In this document: one piece after another, positions 9,815-20,676 of the stretch
How positions within the stretch are numbered: the first letter of the stretch is position 1
How the letters are laid out: the number at the start of each line of letters is the position of its first letter
Origin: Magallana gigas
Taxonomy: Eukaryota
Length of the DNA stretch: 64,000 bases
NCBI RefSeq assembly: GCF_963853765.1
Contig: NC_088854.1
Span: 19,716,001 to 19,780,000, forward strand
Reading direction: 5' to 3'
Made by a program: the position numbers and the translations under genes
The notes under the pieces: generated by a model
What the model saw: only the letters and a program-made list of their open reading frames with translations
What the model was told of the DNA's origin: nothing
Database searches by the model: none

Positions 9815-12800
9815 ATGGATTTTGTACGAAAGAGAAAACTGTCTTCGACGGGAAATCAATTGGATCCATGCTCAAAACAGAAAATCAAATCTCTCTTTGA
9901 CAAGAAGTTTAGATACGGGATTTCTGGGGATTGGAAATTGCCACCACTTGTACAAAATGATTGTCAAAAGTGGGTTCACCCAGTTCTTCAGGGTATGAAA
10001 GAGGAACTGAACAAAGTGAAAGACAAATTAAGTGACAAGGAAATTTATGCATGGCATGAACACACAAAGTTTATGAACATTGCAGGCAATGTAATATCAA
10101 ATGTTAAACAGATTATACGCCCAGAACTTTGTACGCAAGCTTGGTGCAAGTTTTACGAAATCCTGTCATCATATCCTTTAATAAACCATGAATCATTGAA
10201 GTTGAATACTGTTCATCTATGTGAAGCTCCTGGGGCCTTTGTCACAAGTTTGAATCATTATCTTGTGTCAAATGGTAAGTATATATCTCTTGCAGATTTC
10301 TTTTGCTGTGATGGATTATACAATTCATAAGCTGAATATTTGGGTGGTTAGCATTGGCTAGTAATGTATTATTTATCTGAAAGCAAGAATGCAATATGTG
10401 CATAAGAAAATATTTTAAACTTTAATACTATTTTTCCTGATGGCTCATTTGTTGGGTTATGTGCATAAATACTCTTCACTGAAAATTTAAATTCTTAATG
10501 AATCTTGATTATTAAATTCATACCTTTTAAGTTTACAAATTCTCAATAATTCACCCAAAATACTCAGTGAAATAGTGATAATCAATGAAAACTATATGTA
10601 GCTCCATCCTGAATTGACAAACTTTTATCTATTACAGAGTATAAAGGACTCTGGACTTGGTTAGGCAGCACTTTGAATCCTTACTATGAAGAGAATCCAC
10701 TGGGAAAAATGATAGATGACGACCGCTTCATCCGAGAGAGCTTTGATTTCTGGTACTTTGGGAAGGACAACACAGGGAATTTGATGGATTTTAAAAACTT
10801 GGAGGGCCTTCTTGACTTAGTCTCTACAATGGGAGACATTCACCTGGTATAAATTTCCATTTGCATTTGAACTTTTCTGCATGATTTGTATCATTTTATA
10901 ATAAATTGTGAATACTGATTGAATTCTGCACTGAAAATAACACTAAAAGTAGTACAAGATATGACTAGATATTCTGTTTGGTTCGTTTTTACCATAAATT
11001 ACAGAATCATATTACTTGGTCTTAACAAAACTAAAACTTAAAGTCTTACCAGTATAAGAGACAACTTGATGTATATATTTTTTTCTTTGGGTCAGGTGAC
11101 TGCAGATGGCTCCATTGACTGCCAGGATGACCCTGGGGAACAGGAGCAGATTGTGTCCTGTCTCCATTACTGTGAGGCTCTGGCAGGGATCCTGATTCTC
11201 TCTACTGGTGGTCACATGGTCATTAAAAAATTCACCATGTTTGAAAGCCAATCCATTAGTCTAATGTATATTCTGTGTTGCTTATTCAAAGAGGTAAGGT
11301 ACCAGTTCAGGTTTTTAAAATTACAGTATATTGCATCACCATGAAGTAATCCCATTTTGAGCTTACAATAAAGTTTTTTTTATAAGTTTTATGCAGCAGA
11401 TGAATTTTTTAAAAGAAATAATGAAAGTTTTTGAGTTTCCTCAACCTTAACAAAACTATATTATTTTCCAAAGAATCTTTTTACTGTAATAATAACTGCA
11501 ATACATGTATGACATGTGTTATATGTTCATTAAAGGTCTATGTTTATAAACCGGCAACAAGCAAAAGTGGAAACTCAGAAGTGTATGTTGTATGCTTGAA
11601 TTTTCATGGACTTCAGGAAAGAAAAGAGGAGTTCATTAAATTCTGTAAACCATTTTTTGGTGAGTTCAAACATAGATATTAGACATGTCAACCATAGGCA
11701 TACATGTATGTGAAATATATATCCTTTACAAGTTTACTAACAAATACATCTTGAATTGATAGAGAATGGAATCTCAGAATTTCGATTCCCAGAGAGTTGT
11801 CTGCCTCCTGATTTTATGTCTGAACACATTAGAATGTGTGAGGAGTTTACTGACAGACAGATGGACACTATAAAATGCAACTTAGATCACTATCCCAGTA
11901 TGTCTGAGCAGTATGGTCGCTGGATCGAAACTGTCAAGGACGCCTGTGCTGATATATACATCAACACTTATGAACTTCGTCCCATACCAATCAACTGCAG
12001 AATGTTTCCTTTCAAAAAGGTAAAGCTGTGTTGATCAAGCCAATAAAACCAAGTTTCCAGTCTGACTGCTTATTAAAGCTTACCCTCTTTTTGCATACAC
12101 TTTGCAAGTGTTGTCTATTGCACATGTCAATTATTTTCATAATTATGAAGATACACACAAAGTATAAAGTAATTATATATGCAAGTGTAAAATATCCTCA
12201 GTATTTTTTTCTGAATTACAATTACAGAAAAAGAAGAAATTGCAGACTTGGACTCAAACTAAGTGTTTTTCTGCAGAGGCTTTAGCAAAGGGTAGAAAGG
12301 GAACATTCAATGATAGACAGAGGATTATGGGAGCATCCCTACTGGACAGGATTAAACAGATCACTCCATACAAATTAGAAAAACAGAATCTGTTTTCTTA
12401 TGAGGTATGCATAATGTGAACAATGTCAAAGAGATATTCAGTTATAGGTCTTCAGATCTAAATTAGAAGAAATGTGAAATTGACCCGTCTTTGTAAATTA
12501 TGTCACAGCCAGATCTGGAGCATGTGAAGGACATGGAAAAATGGACGTTGTCACATGGGAAACCAGTGGAGGATGTTCAGAGTTCTTGTTTCTGTGCCGG
12601 AAACATCATACAGCAAATGAATCTTCTGCAGGTACAAGCTAGAAAGCTATGAATACATGGACATATGTGTATTACATGCATACCAGCTTGATAAGAAAAT
12701 AACTTATATGAGATTGTCAACATCAGCTTACAATTCTTGTTCTGAATGTACAGAATAATGTGTTCTTTGGATAAAATATCACTTGTGAAAGAACAACTGA

Positions 12801-15800
12801 AGCAAGTTACCAGCATTTAAAGTGTAAATTTCGTTATTCTCTCAATTGTATATTTTGATGAATTGGAGCCTAAAGACATCAGAAGATTGAAATGAACATG
12901 AAAATTCTAGCATAAAACCTAAAGGCTGTTGAATCATTGAGTGTATCAATAAATTACAGACATGTTTTTTTTTCTCAGAATGATAAATTCGTACAATTTT
13001 TCTTAATGATACAAACATGTACCTCATAGTTTTACAATTTCTTAAAGTTTCTTTAATAGTTTATTCAAATAGGATTGTTGATAAAAAATGCAGGTGCTCT
13101 AGTCTATTTTGCTTTTTAGAAATATCAGCAATGGACAGAGGAGGTAGAGGATTTGGTCACTGAGGCTTTGTCTGTTTTGTACTCGGTCTGTAACAAACCG
13201 ATGTCCCTTAACCTCAGTGAGGCACTACAGGGGCACATAGATCTACAGAATGTCCAGCAATTGGACTTTGTTAAAGAAGTAAGTGATTAATGGGAAAAAT
13301 AAATGTGAAAACAACAAGTTTTAAATCAGTTATTCCTATCTTCCTGTAAGTGAAGACTAGTTGAAAAGTAAATATTTAAAAAAAATGATAACAATATGCA
13401 GAACAGAATTATATTGAAATAAATAAAAAGGTTCTATCATTTAGAAAGAGAACAAGTACACTAACACCTATGTTAAACAATGCCAAGAATACCTTGGTGA
13501 ATTAGGAGGGTGTTTTAGAGATCAAGTGAAAATCTTCAACTTGGGATTCTTCTTTATCAGTTAACATATCAATATCCACAGACTTCACAGGTGAAAATCT
13601 GATAGCAAAAAGATGTGTTTGTAAAAGTTAAGATAGTTGTAAATGTTGTTAGAAAAGCTATAATCATTTACTTCAGATTGTTGGTGGATGCTTTTCCAGT
13701 GAGAGGACAGAGCAGACTGAAGGACTTTGTCATGTAAAGGGAGACTACTCATCAAGTGAAGTAGACTCACAGGATTACTTACTGAAGGAAGTCACTGCTT
13801 TACTACGGGTGAGAAAAAGTTTGTCATAAGTACCTTAAGTACCTCATATAAATAGTTTACCTTTAGTACAACTTCCTATAGTTATATACCTGTATATGTT
13901 AGTAAAACTGCCTATTAAAGAGAGTGTATGATATGAAGGTATAACATGGACATATACCCAAACAGACTCATATCAAAGTCAAGTCATACCCAAAAAGATT
14001 TGAAAGCAATCTTACTAACACCAAGAAGAAGTTCTGGTACAAGTTAATTGTAATGAGAGAAGGGGTTGTCTGAAAATTCAAAATTATATAATTTACATTG
14101 TAAAACTATCGAAAATATGCCTCCAATATGTTTAAGATTTTATTGTCCCCCATTCTTACTCCCTGTGTTACTTGTATTATTATCATTTTTTGAGAGGGGG
14201 AGGGGGGGAGTTCCAATGCCTGTTTATGGTTACTTATCATTTGAATTTGATAAGTTTGAATTTCCTGGGGGTTCCAACTCCCCTTCTAGATCTGAGCATG
14301 ATGTTTAGTATTTTTCAACAACAGCATTTATCACTTAAAATCTTTTAACATTTGCTGAATATGGTTATTTATTAAATGAGAAACCCATGAAGTGTATTCC
14401 CGATTAACTATAGTACTTTTTAATGATGAACCAGGAGTCAGAACTTGCATATCTTTACATTAGAGATAAAAATTTAGAAAATCAATGACCTTAAAAAAAC
14501 CCCAATGTATTGCGAAAGATGTACAGAGGCAGGTCCTTTTGCCCACTTTCTTTGGCAATAATTAAAGGAATGTTTCCTTATTTTTCATTATGGATGATAT
14601 ACCCTTTAATGATAATGACAATTGTTTGATCTACATCAGTGAGCTATCTTCCAACTAGTTTTAACTAAATAGAAATGATTTATCCTTTTTTTTCTCACAG
14701 AATATTCAAAAGGGAAGTTCAGTGGTGTGGATATTTTCTACCTGTCTCCTGCGATGGACTGCAGGAGTTGTCTATCTTTTATCACAATGTTTTCAAAAGG
14801 TAAAATGTACATGTGCGTTGTAATTAAACTATATGGATACTCCGATACTGAAAGCATATTTCCATAGACTACATCTTGGAAATATTGTCATTTTGGGCAC
14901 ATCTACAGGTTCATTATGATAATGTTCTAATAAGGGATTTTAAGTGTAAATAAAAATCTCAAATAATTTTGAGACTTATGATTTTAAAGGTTTGGTTTTG
15001 ATATATTTGCTTGAAAACCGACTGCCAGTCTTACAAACACTTAATGGCCATAAGCAAACTTCATGAAATTTTCTCGATTTCACGAAAAGTTAATGCCCTA
15101 CTCTTGATTGATTCACACTACAGTATCATGATTGAAAAATCTCAATGATCACGTGAGTTCTATGACATGTTTATTAACAGTATCATGTTACTATTTTGAC
15201 AGAGTTTTACTTTGTCATTGGTGGTTTCAAGAAATTTCACCGTTTGCTCTCGTGGCTAGTAAGCACACTATGTGCTCCTTGCTGGGGGTGTCCAATAATG
15301 ATAATACATAGAATGTTGTTCAATTCTGGTTTTTAGACATTTTATTTCAAAGTAGGTATATAAATTTTCTGCATTTTGGGGAGGGGGGGGGGGAGTGAAT
15401 TTTTGATTTATTGTTTAAAAGAATGATATATCAAACACATTATTTTAGATAATTTTGCAACTTTTAGTAAAAAAAAAAAAAAATACCATCCCACACATAA
15501 TCCACTTATTCTGTATACAGTAAAACTCGTTTAGTACAAACTCGGTTATAGCGAATTCTCGGATATAGCTAAGTTTTTGGGATTTCCTGGTAAAATACTT
15601 AACAAACATTTGCAAAATTTTACGGTTATAACGAATTCGGATATAACGAATTTACGGATATAGCGAACTGATTTTGAGTCCCGTAGAGATGAAAAATAAC
15701 GAAATTTAACACCTTTATGGCGAATTTCTTTACAGTTTAAAAAGTTTGCACTACCATTTAACAAAATAGTTTGAATGAATTTATTTTCATATTATTTTTT

Positions 15801-16788
15801 CAATTCACAACCCGATTTTTAATCAAGTATGGTATCAAGTAATGTATTTTTATTTTAAGCCTCAATTAGCAAAAAGTATAGTCTGGTGAAAGAAAACAAG
15901 TATATAGTGAATTCGCTATAGATGTTATAATTACGAATTTGTTATACGGATATAACGAATTACGGATATAACGAAGTAATTCCATTGGTCCCTAGGACTT
16001 CGCTATAACCGAGTTTTACTGTACTAGCATTTGATAATATTAAAGATTTGAATTTGAAGTAGGCAGATATGAAATTGCCTTTTATGAAATTTCCTGAGAC
16101 TTGTAAAAGTTGTGAATCATTTTAGTGTATTTGTGGCTGCAGGATGTATGGTAATCTTTAAAATCATTGTTTCAAAAACCCAAAAGAGAACAGAAAATTG
16201 AAAGCTGCAAAATTTATAAAGATATACCAAATTCTAAAGAAATTATTACCATTCTTTTTCATAAATATAAAACCACTAATATTGTAAAATTGCTTCAAAA
16301 TAATGCAATAGTAATAACTTTCATTCTACAAGAAAACATGTTAAATTTAACTCAGTCTACTAAAGTTTATACATTTACATGAATATAAATTGCTGATGAA
16401 TGGATTTCAGGTGCTAATCATCCCCTCCCCCTCTTCATCACTGACTCAAGCCCTGGTGTGCATTCAATACAGTTCAAGCTCATCTCCCATTTTGACCCAC
16501 TTGGAAACTGTTGCAGAACTGAGAACAAAAGAAGACACATTACTGGAAACAGTCCCCATTCAAGTTTTAGTGAATGGTACATTTTTTGTAATGAGTCAAT
16601 GTTGGAGTAATTATATTTGTTTCAATTTTTTCCCAAAATAGTTAACTAAAAATTCATATCCATTCACATTTTGTATTGTCTTTGCAGATGAGGAGTTTTC
16701 TTATTTTTTAAGAAGCTGCAATGAATATGTGATCAAACGCTTCATCAATGAATCCCTACAGAAAATACTAGCTACAGCAAGTGAATGA
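9815..16788 (+). CDS. CMTR2: Cap-specific mRNA (nucleoside-2'-O-)-methyltransferase 2 (FTSJD1), 12 exons, ~734 aa
   Basis: Exons 9815-10274, 10638-10846, 11096-11293, 11536-11659, 11763-12019, 12228-12404, 12509-12631, 13120-13278, 13677-13808, 14701-14799, 16411-16576, 16688-16788, all GT-AG and in phase. Motifs [68 protein letters not shown] (RrmJ-type K-D-K-E tetrad). AATAAA at ~16972. Confidence 0.95.
15518..16021. mobile_element. Tc1/mariner-pogo-type MITE in CMTR2 intron 10
   Basis: TA|CAGTAAAACTCG...CGAGTTTTACTG|TA, with internal GG(A/T)TATA(A/G)CGAA sub-repeats. Confidence 0.85.
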
Positions 16789-17349
16789 CAAAAGTTTAAG
16801 AGCAAACAAAGCATGTTTATGGAATTCATGTGCCAGCAATTCATTTTTTAATATGTTAACTGGAAAGCCATGGACAACAAACTACATGTACATGTATGTT
16901 TAATATACAGAAGAGAAGATTCCAAAAATATTTTTGGATTTTTTAATTCAAAAAGGATTTGATATACTATCAATAAATCAATTTGAAAAATACCTGTTTA
17001 ATCATTTTAGCAATATAGTAGAGCTATGCTTTTAAATAGTACTCACTTTTTGTCATTTCTACATACAGTTTATCATTTTTTTTTTTAATAAAAGAGTGCA
17101 TAATACTCCATGTTAGGCAAATATTTGTTCTAAATGGCTTACTGGGCTTTTTTTCTAAGGTGAGCTATAAGGCTGATTATAGTACAACAGCTGAAATTAG
17201 TCCAACTTTCCATGATTCAAAATTTCATGTAAGAATTGTTCCTTTCTATCTGCTGACACTTCAAATGTCTAGGTTCAATAATTTTGCCGGATCCATCAAT
17301 TTTCAGGAATTTTTGCACCCCATCCCCCACCCCCAAATAATGTTGAAAT

Positions 17350-17476
17350 AAATCCTTAAAGAAAAACTTTTAAAAACTTGATATGCATTACAAGGCCAGT
17401 TTTTTGTTAGCTGCTTCTAGCTGTCACAATTTGAACATTAGCTTCAATGAGCAATGTGGCCCATGAGCCTCTTGTT
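17350..17476 (+). mobile_element. Helentron/HINE-like 3' end fragment
   Basis: TGAGCAATGTGGCCCATGAGCCTCTTGTTT matches the terminus at 23473-23503. Confidence 0.55.
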
Positions 17477-17494
17477 TTTTTGTTTTTGCTTTAA

Positions 17495-18047
17495 GGTGGT
17501 ATGGGACACCTCCATCATGTCACATACTTCTGAATTAAATAAACAATAAAATAAAGCATAATTTTAAAAGGCCCTCCTCAATTGTTTCTTAACAGTGTAG
17601 CGCAATGGGTATGAGCATTGACTACACCCCTGTAAGGCCTAAAAGAAGAAGTTGTGTGTTAAGGGTAAGCCGACCTAACCTACAAAAATGCCCCGAACCT
17701 ACCATTTTTAGATGTCTGTTTTTATCTGATTGTGAATTTTATATTATTTCTATTAAAAAATCTGTTTTTAAATATGACACAAACAAACATTCTTAGAATT
17801 CATGCAGAAAAAAATATGATAAAATTAAAAAAATCCCTACCTACCTAACCTAATTTTTTCATCAGTGTTACCCTAAACACACAATTTTTTTTATAGGCCT
17901 AAGTCATGAGTTTGACTCCTGCTGGAGCCAAAAAAAATTTTGCCAAATATTATAATATTTGAAAATTTTACGAACGATCAAAATATTTTAATTATAATGT
18001 ACTTTTCCCCACATTAATATCAACAGGTGCACATGTCCCATACCACC
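17495..18047. mobile_element. Kolobok-like (TTAA-target) non-autonomous element containing a tRNA-like segment and a nested MITE
   Basis: TTAA|GGTGGTATGGGACA ... TGTCCCATACCACC|TTGA terminal inverted repeats. Confidence 0.65.
17636..17899. mobile_element. Nested MITE with TAA target duplication (Zator/PIF-Harbinger-like)
   Basis: TAA|GGCCTAAAAAGAAGAAGTTGTGTGTTAAGGGTAA ... TTACCCTAAACACACAATTTTTTTTATAGGCC|TAA. Confidence 0.7.
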
Positions 18048-18312
18048 TTGAGCATACCTATGTGCATGTTACTAAAATCTTTGTTATACATGTTCTTCAC
18101 TGTTTGAATAGATTTAAGAAAAATATGAGGCTTAGCCACGAGCATTTATTATAGATGATACATGAACAAAAATGCAAATACATATCAAAAAAGAAAACAA
18201 AAAGCACCACAAATATTGATGAATTTATATGAACTTGACTGTCCCAAAATCCCCATCAGCATATTTGATTACATGTACTAAATATGCAGAATGTTTCCCA
18301 CAAAGAAATATA

Positions 18313-18914
18313 TTAATTGTCCTGAACTCTGGCAGATGACCTCAGTCCACTTGCTATAGCTGGTGTGTCATATCTCTCTTTCATTTCTTGCAACAAGGAC
18401 CCTGGTAAATCCAGTGTGTCTAACTTGTCCTTTGGAAGATGCTTCCGAAAAAATCTTATGCAGGAGTCTTTAAGTGAGTAAACTGCAAAAATAAATAGTA
18501 CTTTTACACTATTGTCAGAGAGAGAGAGAGCAGGAGAGAGAGAGAGAGAGGAGAGAGCAAGAGAGAAAGTGGACTTCAGCACTTACTAGGGATTGTAATG
18601 TTGACCACTTTTCTGATCGGCGGCCATTGGCCTGGTACCCAACCTGTCGTAGGTTCATACACAGATTTCAGATTAACTACAAGTCTCTCTCCAGATTCTA
18701 CATCTAAGAATATCCAGGGATGCCCCACATAAGTGTTCACATCAACGAATTCATAAGATTGCAAAGTTTTGTATTTCACTCTTGCACCTTCATAGTTTAA
18801 CCATATTATGTCAACTCCTCTTTCAGTCCTGTTATAAAAGCGAATGAGAGAGCATATGACAGACTTTTTGGACTTTCTCACTTCCACCCCTTGGTTTACA
18901 GAGGCTAATGCCAT
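18313..18914 (-). CDS. VHL: von Hippel-Lindau tumour suppressor homologue, 2 coding exons, 165 aa
   Basis: Exons 18914-18587 and 18482-18313 (intron GTAAGT...TTGCAG). Beta domain IRFYNRTERGVDIIWLNYEG...VNTYVGHPWIFLD; alpha domain/BC-box IYSLKDSC...LDLPGSL. Intron carries a (GA)n/(CT)n tract. Confidence 0.95.
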
Positions 18915-19740
18915 GCTTTTGCTTAGCCGATTATGTCATTCTTGCACTTTCTCTTAAAAATTCTGAGTAAACACAACTGAAAAAAAAAAAATCAGAATTA
19001 ATTTTCATACTAAAAATTTGATTTTAAAATCGACAATCTTCAGCAAAACATAAAAGGATACAGCAATATGGAAATATTTAAAATGTAACTGAAATGTAAC
19101 TGAAAGTATTTAAAATTCTTTTTAAATGCAAGTTGTTCGATGGCATCATTATGATTTTTTGGGAATTTACACTGACCATTGTAAAGAACAAAACAGAAAA
19201 TTGTGTATGTATATATGACAATGCAATACTTTGTTTACACTGAGCTGTTTATGTTTAAAAATTTCTCTACATTCATTGCATGCATATACAGTAGTAGCTG
19301 CCAATAGTCTGTGAGTTAACATGGGTAATGGTAGCGGAGACAAATTTAACCAAAGGGGAAAAAACCTTAACCATGTATAAATAGATTGTCTGATAATGTC
19401 ATGTTTTTTAAATAGGGTGCAACACAACACAGTCTAAATTTTAGATTATTAAACTTAAGAAACATCTCACGTAATCTACAATATGAATTAAACTAACCTT
19501 ATAAAGTGTTTAAACATACACTATGAGTTTATAGCTTGACTAAGAAGTATAAACTTTCCGAATTGTTTTTTTTTTAGGGTTTGGCTAAAGAGAGAACAGA
19601 TATATGCATTTCCATTTTTCATACCATTGTAGAAACCAGTGACAGAAAATATCAACAAAATTCAATTTAAATAACAAAGATATTAAACAATTTTTTAAGA
19701 CCACATCAATGACTCCTTATACAGAAAGTAAGTCTTTACT

Positions 19741-19900
19741 TATGAACAAAGACGACCCTGACTTTAGTAATATCTTCTACATTTGTTGACATGAAAGGCT
19801 TCCGGTTGCAAAACGAAAATAGAAACTGAAAGGAAAAGAAATCTCTCATGCAAATTACCGCAAAAAGCTAATCTTAAGTTCGGTTAACAAAGCTATGACA
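19741..19900. promoter_or_regulatory. Putative bidirectional promoter shared by VHL and SRXN1
   Basis: Lies between divergent genes. CTTCCGG (ETS/GABP-type) 19799-19805, GAAACTGAAAG (IRF-element-like) 19822-19832, ATGCAAAT octamer 19848-19855; possible VHL 5'UTR donor (minus-strand GTAAAG) at 19739. Confidence 0.45.
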
Positions 19901-20074
19901 GTTATTCCAGAGAAAAAATGTAGCCTCTGTCAGTTTGGACCACAGAATGTTTATGTATTGATACTATTTAGCTTTGTTATTTTCAAAGGTCTGGATTCTG
20001 TGTCGTTTTATGCAAGCTGTCCTACTTTCATTTTCCCGAGTAATTGGTTTCTGGAGCTGAACAGGCGTTTTAAG

Positions 20075-20676
20075 ATGTCAACAGACCAGGAATCATCTAT
20101 CCACAGTAAACACATTGCAGAAGTACACAATGTACCGATATCAGTTTTGATTCGACCGTTTGCATCTGTTCTAGATAATGTCAAAGTGGAATCTCTGATG
20201 AAAACCATACAGGTGGGTTATATTACTACGTACAGTAGTTGCTTTCATCGTCGGAACCAACGGTTTCTCTGTTGTTACACTGGTCACGCAGTTTTAACAG
20301 ATAGAAAACCTGTGGTTTTCGACGATGGTTCCTTTGATTGTTATCCATATCCATATAAAGTCGAAAGTTGATTTTTTCATGTAAACACACATTTGTTAAA
20401 AATGCACGAATACTTAATAACCAGACTGTGACATTAATATTTTTGAGCAATTTATCCATTTTTTAGAATGAGGGGGAATCAGACAACGTTCCACCGATCG
20501 ATGTTTTGTGGGTCAAGGGGAGAGAAGGAGGGGACTATTTTTACTCTTTCGGGGGCTGTCATCGATACGAAGCATATAAACGTTTAAACAGAGAAACAAT
20601 TCCGTGCAAACTGTTTAGATCCACTACTGGTGATTTACGAACGTATTTAGGAAGTTCAACGCCAGATTTGTTATAG
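20075..20676 (+). CDS. SRXN1: Sulfiredoxin-1, 2 exons, 115 aa
   Basis: Exons 20075-20212 and 20467-20676: [86 protein letters not shown]...; signature FGGCHR catalytic cysteine motif. Confidence 0.95.

Noticed and set aside
15203-15351. Possible extra CMTR2 exon (TTTTGACAG ... GTAGGT)
   Set aside because: Stops in all three frames, and exons 10 and 11 already join in phase.
17595-17929. Functional tRNA gene
   Set aside because: Degenerate stems, inside a transposon and interrupted by a 264-bp MITE; treated as tRNA-like only.
19400-20460. Nrf2 antioxidant response element (TGACnnnGC) for SRXN1
   Set aside because: Looked for it because SRXN1 is an Nrf2 target in vertebrates, but found no convincing match by eye.
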